Shown here piece after piece: positions 34,256 to 46,535 of a DNA stretch of 58,445 nucleotides; position 1 is the stretch's first letter, and every line of letters starts with the position of its first letter. Source of the DNA: Octopus bimaculoides. Its lineage: Eukaryota. The position numbers were made by a program, and so were the translations under genes. The stretch is taken from the NCBI RefSeq assembly GCF_001194135.2, contig NC_069009.1:3329400-3387844 (forward strand), written 5' to 3'. The notes below the pieces were generated by a model. That model had not been told where the DNA came from. It worked only from the letters and a program-made list of their open reading frames with translations, and did not search any database.

Positions 34256-34285
34256 ACTCACCTGCGATTCTGTTATAGCGACAAC
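34256..34285 (-). promoter_or_regulatory. Candidate IFT140 5'-UTR exon donor (CAG|GTGAGT) with adjacent X-box-like palindrome
   Basis: Perfect minus-strand donor at 34256-34261; GTTATAGCGACAAC at 34272-34285 resembles the RFX X-box GTTGCCATGGCAAC. Confidence 0.35.
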
Positions 34286-34320
34286 TATATATCTACATGT
34301 ATATATACAAACATATATAC

Positions 34321-34367
<47 letters not shown>

Positions 34368-35049
34368 NNNNNNNNNNNNNNNNNNNNNNNNNNNNNNNNN
34401 NNNNNNNNNNNNNNNNNNNNNNNNNNNNNNNNNNNNNNNNNNNNNNNNNNNNNNNNNNNNNNNNNNNNNNNNNNNNNNNNNNNNNNNNNNNNNNNNNNNN
34501 NNNNNNNNNNNNNNNNNNNNNNNNNNNNNNNNNNNNNNNNNNNNNNNNNNNNNNNNNNNNNNNNNNNNNNNNNNNNNNNNNNNNNNNNNNNNNNNNNNNN
34601 NNNNNNNNNNNNNNNNNNNNNNNNNNNNNNNNNNNNNNNNNNNNNNNNNNNNNNNNNNNNNNNNNNNNNNNNNNNNNNNNNNNNNNNNNNNNNNNNNNNN
34701 NNNNNNNNNNNNNNNNNNNNNNNNNNNNNNNNNNNNNNNNNNNNNNNNNNNNNNNNNNNNNNNNNNNNNNNNNNNNNNNNNNNNNNNNNNNNNNNNNNNN
34801 NNNNNNNNNNNNNNNNNNNNNNNNNNNNNNNNNNNNNNNNNNNNNNNNNNNNNNNNNNNNNNNNNNNNNNNNNNNNNNNNNNNNNNNNNNNNNNNNNNNN
34901 NNNNNNNNNNNNNNNNNNNNNNNNNNNNNNNNNNNNNNNNNNNNNNNNNNNNNNNNNNNNNNNNNNNNNNNNNNNNNNNNNNNNNNNNNNNNNNNNNNNN
35001 NNNNNNNNNNNNNNNNNNNNNNNNNNNNNNNNNNNNNNNNNNNNNNNNN

Positions 35050-35087
<38 letters not shown>

Positions 35088-36959
35088 GACGGGCTTCTTT
35101 CAGCTTCCGTCTACCAAATCCATTCACAAGGCTTTGGTCGGCCCAAGGCTATAGTAGAAGACACTTGCCCAAGGTGCCACGCAGTGAGACTGAACCCGGG
35201 ACCATGTGGTTGGTAAGCAAGCTACTTACCACACACCCACTCCTACGCCTATAGTGATATATGTATATTCAATGACATTGGAGTTCAATACAGCCTGATA
35301 GTTCATCAGTTCCCTGTTCCCTGTTAAACTGTCCTACCCATGCCAACATGGAAAGCAGACACAGAAATTGAATGTTGATGATGATGATAATGATGATGAG
35401 GAAAGGCTTCCACACAGTTTCTATCTACCAAATTCCAGATTCATTGGAACTATAGTAAAAAAATTTTTTTAAATTGTCCAAGGTGCCATGCAGTGGGACT
35501 GAACCCAAGACCATGTGGTTTCAAAGCAAGCCCAACTGATACAATTACCAATGTAATTCTCTCTTGTTTATTTATCTAAGTCCACTTAACATCACCCGAT
35601 GAGCCCTACTGTCTTGAATGTTCATGAACGATTTGGCTACTGTTTCTAGCAGTTGAAGTGACCACTCTCATTCTTTCTCTCTTTTGCCGCTGTTTCTTTC
35701 AACTGTCACACCCATTCCCCCCCCCTCTCTTGCTTTCCCTTCACTTTCCTTGCTACTCCCTTACACTTATACTCTGTCCCTCCCACTCTTAATCTCTCTG
35801 AAATATTTTACCAATAATTGCAGGCGTGGTTGTTCGGTTTCAGATGATTGCTTCTCAGCCATGTGGTCTTGAGTTCAGTCTCACTTTAGAACACCGAAGT
35901 GGGGGTCTTCTATAACATCAGGCCAACCCATTGTCCAATGTGTCCTGTTTTGGATGTTTGAGAGGGATTTGGCTGCTATTTCTAGCAGTTCAAAATACCA
36001 CACAGAAGCTCTTATGTTTTCTCTCTCCCTCCCTCTTTGTCTCACTCTCTGTATCTCTCTATTTCCCTTTCACATCCCTTACCACTCTCTCACACTTATA
36101 CTCTTTCTCTGTCTCTTAAAATATTTCAAATATTTCGCCAATATGTGGTAAGAAGCTTGCTTCCCAACCCACATGGTTCCGGGTTCAATCCCATAGATAG
36201 ATAGATAGAGAGAGAGGGGGGGTGATAGAATTGAATATAAATTCAATTTAAAACCAAGTGGCCTAGCATATAAAAAAATCTGAAAATTCAGAAAAATTGT
36301 ATTACATGGGTATAAGAAGGGATGACCACTAGGTGGACATCCAATATGCTAGAAAGAGGTCATAAACGACCCAACCACAAAGAAACATAATGTTTTTTTT
36401 TTCTGGAGAACATAATTTTTGCTTTGTGATTGGGTCGTTGATGAGCTCTTTCTAGCATATTGGATGTCCACTTAGTGGTCATCCATTCTTATACACACAC
36501 GCACAGAGTTTCCGTCAACCAAATCCACCTACAAGGCTTTGGTCGGCCCGAAGCTGCAGTAGATGACTAGACCAAAGTGCCAGACAGAGGGACAGGTTGT
36601 GGGACCATATGTAGATCGGTACCAAAGTTCCTATCACATAACCATCCCAGTTTCCGTCTACCAAATCAATCCACAAATCTTTGGTCTGGCCTATACGGCA
36701 GAAGACACCTGTCCAAGGTGCTACGCAGTAGGACTGAACCCAGAACCGCGTGATCGAGAACAAGTAAAGAACATGGCTTTATTTAATAGATACAGGTGCA
36801 AATGAATGCATTTCTAAAGCAGAGTATGTTTAATCCTTATTAATCCATATTAAAAAGTAAAGAACAAAACTATTTTTAATACGCCGTAAGCAAATTAACC
36901 AACTTCGGCAACAGGGTCTCTGAATTCCGGAAATGCCGGATTTCTGGAAGCCGATAAGG

Positions 36960-38285
36960 TCTCTCTCTCTCAGTTTTTCTCTATCTATCTATCAACCTCT
37001 GTCTATTCCTCCGTCATGTTCTTTCATTCTGTCACTGCCTCTAATACTTCCTCTCTCACTATCACTACATATCGTTCTTTCACCCCTCTTACTTTCTCTT
37101 CCCGCCACTAATACTTCCTCTCTCACTAACACAACGTATCGTTCTGTCACCCTCTCATTCGCTCTTTCACTCTATCTAACACACTCTCTCTCCCTAACAT
37201 TCACAACGCTCCTCTCTCATAATCTTTACCTATCTCCCTTCCTATAACTCACACTCTTCCTCTCTCTTTCTCCCTATCGTTCTCCTACTCTGTCTACATC
37301 TTTTACTCCGTCACTATCTCTTACTCTTTTACTATCTTCTGCTCTCGTATTCTTTCACTCACTCACTGTCTTCTATTCCATCACAATTTTACTCTCTCAA
37401 CCTTCCCCCTACTATCTCTTACTCTTTCACTCACTACAGCTCTCTTACTCTCACTATCACATACGCCATCGCTCGCGCTTTTCTCGTTCATTCTTTTACT
37501 CTCTTACACTATCTTCTACTTACACTTTCACTCTCTCACCATATCTCCCTCTTTCTCTCTCTCTCTCCTACTCCGTCACGCTTTTACACTTTCATACTAT
37601 CTCCTACTCACTCACTATCTACCTATCTATCTGTTTCTCTTCCTCTCTCTCACTCCTACTTCGTCACTCCTTTACTCTCTCATACTATTTCCCCGTATCC
37701 GTCTGTCCGTCTCTCACCGTCACTCCTGTACTTTCTCAATCTTTTTTACTCTCATACTATTTCTTACTCACTCACTCACTATCTCCTAGTCTGTCTACCT
37801 CCATCTCTCCCCCTCTTACTCATACTATTTCTTCTTCACTCACTCACTCACTATCTCCTAGTCTGTCTACCTACCTCCATCTCTCCCCCTCTTACTCTCA
37901 TACTATTTCTTCCTCCCTCACTCACTCACTATCTCCTAGTCTGTCTACATCCATCTCTCCCCCTCTTACTCTCATACTATTTCTTCCTCACTCACTCAGT
38001 CACTATCTCCTAGTCTGTCTACCTCCATCTCTCCCCCTCTTACTCTCATACTAGTTCTACCTCCATCTCTCCCCCTCTTACTCTCATACTATTTCTCTCT
38101 CCCTCCCTCACTCACTCACTATCTCCTAGTCTGTCTACCTCCATCTCTCCCCCTCTTCCTCACTCACTATCTCCTAGTCTGTCTACCTCCATCTCTCCCC
38201 CTCTTCCTCACTCACTATCTCCTAGTCTGTCTACCTCCATCTCTCTCTCTCTTCCTCTCGTTCCCAAACACTCCACATTTCGTTA
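36960..38285. repeat. ~1.3-kb polypyrimidine tract including a ~60-bp CTCACTCACTATCTCCTAGTCTGTCTACCTCCATCTCTCCCCC minisatellite
   Basis: Purine-poor on the + strand; the unit repeats ~9 times over 37760-38240. Confidence 0.9.
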
Positions 38286-38321
38286 CAGCAACACTTTTTC
38301 CCATATCAGAGACTTCCAACC

Positions 38322-39045
38322 ATGGCTGTGATGCATCGTCTTCGGGAAATCAGCGGAGATATACTGAAGAAACTTCCCAGCAGTCGTGAAGATGCTATTG
38401 CCGTCTACGTACCGACTTTTGGTGCCATCAGCTACAGTGTCTTCGCCCTCAACATTATGGAACACGCCAGATTTAAAAGGTGCCTTTCATATTTAATTCA
38501 ACCTCTTCTGATCTTCCTGCTTCCCTCCTCTCTCTGTACAACCCCCCCTTTCTCTCTCTCTCTCTCTATGTGTCTATCTATCTCCCCCCCTCTCTGTATT
38601 CTTCCTTCGTCTTCTCTGTTTTTCTGTCTTCTAATTCTTGTATGTGTCTGTGATGTACTTAGGCTTGTTTTAAGGTCACATTTCTGTGGCACACACACAG
38701 ACAGACACACACACACAGATATATACAAATAGAGACAGACATACCTGCATGCATACACATATACAAACAATGCATACGCATATACACACACATATGCAGA
38801 CACGCACAATATATACATACATATATATATATGTGTATGGACGTACACACACACACACACACACACCTTTTGTACTTTCACTTGTTTAAGGTCACATGTT
38901 CGAAGAACTCACACACAGGACTATATACATACATTACATATATAAATATATATATATATACATATATATACCCAGAGGAGTTGATGACAGTAGCATTGAA
39001 ATGATTTACAAAATTGAATCTATATATATATATATATATATATAT

Positions 39046-39108
<63 letters not shown>

Positions 39109-39436
39109 CCCGCTTTATTTCAATAACCGCTCTATATCGTTATGAGGTACCCTTAATATATATATATGAGTGTGTATATGTATATATATATATGTGTGTG
39201 TGTATGTGTATATATATATATAGCAATAAGAGAATGGGGGGGATATGAGGTACTCTGTACTCGGTTGAAAGGACAATAAAGACAATATACAGACACCTAT
39301 GACATACCATGTCATATCAACAATTGAGATTTCAAATTTAAAAGGACATCTAGCGACCAAAGAAGGGACAAAAATCTTACACCTGTTTCTGCCTATTATC
39401 CCTCAGTGGGTTGGATTCTCAACCCCAAACTCTCAT

Positions 39437-39471
<35 letters not shown>

Positions 39472-40702
39472 NNNNNNNNNNNNNNNNNNNNNNNNNNNNN
39501 NNNNNNNNNNNNNNNNNNNNNNNNNNNNNNNNNNNNNNNNNNNNNNNNNNNNNNNNNNNNNNNNNNNNNNNNNNNNNNNNNNNNNNNNNNNNNNNNNNNN
39601 NNNNNNNNNNNNNNNNNNNNNNNNNNNNNNNNNNNNNNNNNNNNNNNNNNNNNNNNNNNNNNNNNNNNNNNNNNNNNNNNNNNNNNNNNNNNNNNNNNNN
39701 NNNNNNNNNNNNNNNNNNNNNNNNNNNNNNNNNNNNNNNNNNNNNNNNNNNNNNNNNNNNNNNNNNNNNNNNNNNNNNNNNNNNNNNNNNNNNNNNNNNN
39801 NNNNNNNNNNNNNNNNNNNNNNNNNNNNNNNNNNNNNNNNNNNNNNNNNNNNNNNNNNNNNNNNNNNNNNNNNNNNNNNNNNNNNNNNNNNNNNNNCCCC
39901 CCGTCTTGTCCTTGCGGACCACAGTTTGAAAACCCCTGCTCTACGTGACTTACTTGCTAATAGGATGTTAAGCATGCTAGAAATAGCAGCTACGGCTAGA
40001 CGATATCTCTCAAATGAAGCTCTACCGTCTTGGACCGGGACATTTTGGATTGGATTGGATAATGGGTAGACTTGTGTTCGATGTATTTTGGTAATAGACG
40101 GGATGGTCACGGCTAGGCTGATTTTGTAACTTTAGTCATGGGTCTCTGCTAGATCAGAACTGACTGGAATTTAAACCGCAAATGGTGCCCGTCAGCATTC
40201 ACGCGTGTATATGTGTGCGTGTATATATAATGTTTGTATATTTACAGTGCACATTATATATACGTATATATAGGGAAAGACAGACAGGTGTTCCTATATA
40301 TAGATATAAGGTGCAGGTATGCGTACATAGAGAGATACCTATACATAGATATGGTATATGTATATATAAGGACACATATATATGTGTGTGTATCGGTGTC
40401 CCTTTCGAACAGCGTCGGAAATTAGTGCGCCAAAAGCTGAGATATTTTCGGATGTGCGAATGCCTAAAGCATCTGAGATTATAATTCTTCTAAATATATA
40501 CGTAACTTTTTAAAACATAAATCTGAAAATGAAGTCAGGAAGGGGATACAAAATTCCCCTTTTTGCCATTAATTTTTTCTTTTCTTTTGCGGAATCATTA
40601 ATCTACGACGTTTAAGACCTGACATTTAACCCGTAGACATTACGCGGTTTTGGCGCACTAGCTAATTACCGACCATGTTCTATAGGAACGTGTATACATG
40701 CA

Positions 40703-40741
<39 letters not shown>

Positions 40742-40800
40742 GTGTGTGTTTATGTATGTAGATAGATAGAGATTGACTATATATATATATATATATATAA

Positions 40801-40852
<52 letters not shown>

Positions 40853-40921
40853 TAATGCTTATATGTATACGGAAAAATCAGTTAAGACACTTCTATTTTA
40901 TGCAAAACCCTAAATATGTAT

Positions 40922-40954
<33 letters not shown>

Positions 40955-42378
40955 CATACATATATATATATATACACACACATACACATCCACATATACA
41001 TATATATCGTTAAACGATGATGATGATGATGATGAATGGAATCAAATGTGTTATTCAAATTAATATATGTATGTGTGTATATTCATATATGTGAAGGTGC
41101 AATGGCCCAGTGGTTAGGGCAGCGGACTCGCGGTTGTAGGATCACAGTTTCGATTCCTGGACCGGGTGTTGTGAGTGTTTATTGAGTGAAAACACCTAAT
41201 GCTCCACGAGGCTCCAGCAGGGGATGGTGGCGAACCCTGCTGTACTCTTTCACCACAACTTTCTCTCACTCTTTCTTCCTGTTTCTGTTGTACCTGTAAT
41301 TCAAAGGGTCAGCCTTGTCACACTCTGTGTCACGCTGAATATCCCCAAGAACTACGTTAAGGGTACATGTGTCTGTGGAGTGCTCAGCCACTTGCACGTT
41401 AATTTCACGAGCAAGCTGTTCCATTGATCGGATCAACTGGAACCCTCGTCATCGTAACTGACGGAGTGCCAACCAACTAACCATTCATTCATACATTCAT
41501 ACATACATATATTGATTTGAATAACATCTACGTTTGACTCCATTTCTGAATTTATCCATGTTATACAAAAACATTTCACTTAACCAGAGATTTCTACCTT
41601 TATAAGTAGGCTGTAATATCCTTGGCACTTATGTGAATTTTTGCTACCCTGGTAACTATTTTTCCATTTTTTTTTCCTTGTTATTTGTACACTGAAAAAA
41701 TATACATACATTTATATATATATCTCAATTACTGGGACCGCCTTAAAACTCTACTCTCTCCAGCACTGCCGCGAGTGTTACATTATTTATACGATGTGGA
41801 GAATATACCGCCAGTATTGCCCAAACGACCCGAACATTAGTTTCAAGGTTCATCCAAGGCTGGGACTATGGGCCATATGTCCCCTGCACAATTCAGGATC
41901 ACAACATATAGGTACACTACGACATAATTTCTTTTCTTCAACAGGCCCTGCCCTGTTTAATATTGTCCCAAAACTGATTAAAGAGGAAAAGGATCCCATC
42001 ACCTTTAAACGGAGTCTGGACAGATTTCTTCAAGGAATACCAGATAAGCCACCCATACCTGGATACAACTCACTCAACAAGAACTCACTACTTGAAGGGA
42101 CCATAAACAAAACTTGACTTAAAATGGATTTAGATAATCCTATCAGGTGGTGCTCTTAAGTTAGACATGGCCTGGACCAATCTATGGTTGAAACATATCT
42201 AAGTTTTATAGACATATGCGCAGGAGTGGCTGTGTGGTAAGTAGCGTGCTTACGAACCACATGGTTCCAGGTTCATTCCCACTGCGTGGCACCTTGGGCA
42301 AGTATCTTCTACTATAGCCTCGGGCTGACCAAAGCCTTGTGAGTGGATTTGGTAGACAGAAACTGAAAGAAGCCTGTC

Positions 42379-42410
<32 letters not shown>

Positions 42411-43048
42411 CTGTGTTTGTCCCCCCAACATTGCTTGACAACCGATGCTGGTGTGTTTACGCCCCCGTAACTTAGCGGTTTGGCAAAAGAGACCGATAGA
42501 ATAAGTACTAGGCTAACAAAGAATAAGTCCTGGGTTCGATTTGCTCGACTGAAGGCGGTGCTCCAGCATGGGCACAGTCAAATGACTGAAACAAGTAAAA
42601 ATGAGTATATGTGTGTGTGTGTGTATACACAAACTTTTATACTCAGAGTGTTGCTGTACGTTTGAATTTTTTTAATAATTATTTCTTTATTTCATTATTG
42701 TCTCTTTCCAGACTTTTTGCACCAAACGAGCTTTTGGTAGCCAATACTCTGTGGCTAAACGCTCACCTTGGCATCGGATTCTTCATCTACAGCCGGCGAC
42801 ACCTGGCGGACAGTCCTGTCTACAAGCGAATCATCTACAGTGCCTTCGGAACGATAGCGTTCAACTTTGGATCGGTGTTGCTGTGGGCGTCGCTCAAGTC
42901 CCTCTTGCCAAACAGCACTGGCCTCCGCGTGCTTTTCGGTCTTTTGTCAAGCTGGGGCCTTCTGTACGTCGGTAAGGACTACCTCGACCACGTAGACACG
43001 CACGTGCCATCAATTCCGGTTGATTCTATCACCACTCTTGAGGAGTAG
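38322..43048 (+). CDS. Uncharacterised 164-aa multi-pass membrane protein; coding exons 38322-38479 (158 nt) and 42712-43048 (337 nt)
   Basis: ATG in good context (AACCATGG); AG|GT donor at 38479/38480; polypyrimidine TCTCTTTCCAG acceptor ending at 42711; phase-2 join restores Arg (AG+A) and gives 495 nt ending in TAG. Both exons are GC-richer and non-repetitive, with 3-4 hydrophobic segments. An acceptor at 38287-38288 implies an upstream UTR exon. Confidence 0.85.
40387..40695. mobile_element. MITE-like element with imperfect ~45-bp terminal inverted repeats
   Basis: TAGTGCGCCAAAA 40423-40435 vs TTTTGGCGCACTA 40648-40660, with further outward similarity (GAACAGCGTCGGAAAT vs ATTACCGACCATGTTC); TA/TG microsatellite flanks. 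Confidence 0.55.
41095..41475 (+). mobile_element. tRNA-headed SINE family C (GTGCAATGGCCCAGTGGTTAGGGCAGCGGACTCGC...), ~380 bp
   Basis: Full copy here; others near 8540, 11560 (+) and 26830-27495, 30700 (-). Confidence 0.85.
41850..42117 (+). mobile_element. 3' end of a CR1-like non-LTR retrotransposon ORF2
   Basis: ...TGPALFNIVPKLIKEEKDPITFKRSLDRFLQGIPDKPPIPGYNSLNKNSL fits the GP.LFN.LP..I...FK..LD.FL..IPD.P..PGY C-terminus of invertebrate CR1-group LINEs. Confidence 0.7.
42410..42600 (+). mobile_element. Repeat family B (...GACAACCGATGCTGGTG...GGCGGTGCTCCAGCATGG...GAAACAAGTAAAA)
   Basis: Copies near 15400, 16170, 26490, 32300, 33965, 42410 (+) and 14870, 48113 (-); often directly follows SINE A plus (TA)n. 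Confidence 0.8.
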
Positions 43049-43399
43049 TGATTTCGGAAAGCTAGAGAGGAGTTGTAGTGAGAGGAGGGAATGAGTGCAT
43101 GTGTGAGAGAGAGACAGATGGAAGAGAGGTAGAGTATTAGAGAGTATGTGTGAAAGGCAGAGAAAAGGAAGAGTGTGTGACAAAGAGACAGATACAGAGA
43201 GAGAGAGAGAGAAAGATATGATATATGAGAGAGTGTGTGAGAGTGTGACAGACAAGACTGAGTTTGTTGACACTAGATGGCAGCAGTAACATTTACAAGA
43301 ACAAGAAGAAAAAAAGCCATAACAATGATGATGTTGATGACTGTGATGGCTTATCAGCAGCAGTAAATTAATATGAATAATAATAATAATGATGATTAT

Positions 43400-45250
43400 A
43401 ATAAAATTTATATTTAAAAAAATAGCAAGGCTGAATGACTCTGATATTGTGTGCAGACGTGATATTGAAAAAAATCTGAGAAATTTCATCACTGTATCTG
43501 TTGAACTGAAGACATTTTCACAGTTAAGGAATTTATATATGCAGCAAACCCTCCCTAAAGTAGAAACCTTTATATATCAATGTATGGTGTGATACAAATG
43601 ACAAAACCTCCAGAAACCATGAAACCAAGGGCCCTTTAACAAGTTCAGCCCTTTGAGAATGAAGGACAACTTAGAAAGACAAGACCAGAAGTTATAAAAA
43701 AGCTCACCGACAACAAGCATATCAAATATATACTTCCATCATCAGCTGCCTATCGAATATCATTTGTTGTTTTGACACTTAGGCAGTACCATTCAATCTG
43801 GATATAATAATAATAACAACAATAAAAATGATGATAAAATTTATATTTAAAAAGTAGCAAGGCTAAATGACCGATAACATTTACACAGTTAAGGAATTTG
43901 TATATGCAGCATGTATGGTGTAATACAGATGACAAAACCTCCAGAAACCATGAAACCAAGGACCCTTTAACAAGTTCGGCCCTTTGAGAATGAAGGACAA
44001 CTTAGAAAAAGAAGACCACATGATGTAAAAAGATTCACAGAGAATAAGCATATCAAACATGTATTCTCATCATCAGCTGCCGATCAGATATTGTTGTTTT
44101 GACACTCATGCAGTACCGTTCAACTTGGTTATGTCAGCTGCATTAAAAACATATACAGTGCTTGAAAATTGATAGACAAGAGGCAGGAGCAAAATATTTG
44201 TGTGATATGTCTGTTACATCTACATTTGCTTCTTATTACAAATAGAAACATCAAATTTCGAACACAAGTTGTTACTTACTTATAGCTATGAAGGATAGAA
44301 ATTCAGAATACTACCTATAAGAAATCAAGAAGCTTTTAGTAAGTTCAGCCTCCTTGAAAATGAAGGACAGCTTAGAAAAACAAGATCACAAGATGTAAAT
44401 AATTCATAAACAACAAGTATATCAAATGTACTCCCCTCATCAGCTGCCTAATGGATATCATTATGGTTTCAACACTTGAGCAGTACCATTTAATCTGGCT
44501 GTGTCAACAGTATTAAAAAACACAACTGGCGCTTGAAAATTGATGGACAAGAAGCAGGAGTGTGATATGTCCATTACATCTGAACTTGCTTTTTATTACA
44601 AATATGAACATCAGACTTCAAATGTAGGTTGTTACTTACCTATAGCTATGAAGCATAGAAATTTAAAATACTACATATAAAAAAAAATCAAGAAGTCTCT
44701 AGCAAATTCAGCCCCTTGAAAATGAAGGACAACTTAGAACACCTGGACAAGATATAAAAAGATTCACAAACAACAGGCATATCAAATGTACTCCCCTCAT
44801 CAGCTGCCTAACGGATATCATTATGGTTTCAACACTTGAGCAGTACCATTGAATCTGGCTGTGTCAACATCATCAAAAACATACGGTGCTTGGGAATTAG
44901 GAGACAATATGTCCTTTGTATCCACATTTGCTTATTATTACAAACGCAAGCATAAATTGTTCCATATCTATTGCTCTGAAGCATAGAAAATTAAATATAA
45001 CCTATACAAAACTAAGAATCCTTTAACAAGTCCAGCCCTTTAAGAGTGAAAGGCAACTTAGAACAACAGAACCACAAAATATAAAAGCTATACAGCCAAC
45101 AAACATATCAAAATATGTACTCCCATTGTCAGCCACCTCGTGGATATCATTATGGCTTCAACACTTCAGCAGTACCATTCCATCTATACTTCTTATTACA
45201 AATACAAGCATCAAATTTCAAACATAAATTGTTTCTTATAGCAAAAAAAG
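43400..45250. repeat. Diverged tandem repeat, 325-370-bp unit x ~5
   Basis: AAGGACAACTTAGAA-like anchor at 43662, 43993, 44363, 44725, ~45049. Confidence 0.85.
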
Positions 45251-46535
45251 CTATGAGCTCTAAAATACTATTTATGAAACATAGAAATATCTCCAAAATG
45301 GATATTTACTACCATTATAGATCTCTTCTATCATTCCATTTATGATTGGAACTCTATGCAATTATTTATGTAAAAGTATTGATAGTTTTCTCTTAGATTC
45401 CAAATAGCTGTGTTCCTGGGAAATAGCAGTAACAGGGGTCTGAAAATATTGGTAAATGCAGCAAATTGGAAGGGCCGTTAAGTGAAATTAGCCTTTCATC
45501 CATTTGGGGGTTGATAAAAGAAATAATCGAGGGTGTTGGATTGGTGGAACTGGTAGATAGTCGGGACTGATGCCTTGTGGTATTTATTCTGACTCTTTGC
45601 AATAACACTGATGCCAACCTGTATCAGTCTAAGTTCTTTTGGGAATGGTCAATAAAAATAAACGTTAATCCCGGGTGTTAGATTAGCAGAACTGGTAGAT
45701 GGTCAGGATGCCCTTCCTGTCACCAATGCTCACCTGTTTCCACAGAAAAATGGAAAACGAAGGGCACCATTCAAGGTGATGAGGATGGCTGTTTGCAACT
45801 ACCATGTGAAGTCAAAACAAGAAACAACAACACACATGTATATACATATATATATTGGGTTAAATAAATTTCATTATCATCATCATCATTTAATGTCTAT
45901 TTTCTATGCTGGCATGGGTTGGATGGCTTGACCAGAGCTGGTACGGTCAAGGGCTATACCAGACTCCATTGTCTGTTCTGGTGTGGTTTCTATGGCTGGA
46001 TGCCCTTCCTAACACCAACCACACTATAGAGTGTACTGGGTGCTTTTAAACTGACATCACCAATGCTTTTTATGTGGCACCAGTGCTTTTTATATGGAGC
46101 CAGCCCCAGTGCTTTTTAGGTGGTGCCAGCGCTTTCTAAGTGGTACCAGTACCAGTGTTTTTTAGGTGGAACCAGCACCGGTATCAATTCTGCTGTGGCA
46201 GATAGATCTTCTTGAATTCAATGAGGTGCCAAATAGCTCGGTCCATTTTTTCTTCAACTTGGTACTCCATTGTAAATGTCTGCAAACAGGTAAAATTTAT
46301 TCAAATTTCAAAATCTACAAAAAACAATTGTACAGGAAGAATAGTGCTACAAAAAGAAAAAAATCCCATAAAATATGATAAAAATATTTTTTGTGTTAAT
46401 TCTAATAATACTGGATAGATTAAAAATTAATGAGGTGGGGAAAAAACAAAATTATCTGACAATGCAACATATAGATATGTATAGTCTCTATTCACTTCCA
46501 ACGATAGAGAGCAGTCACCACATTTCATTCCATAT

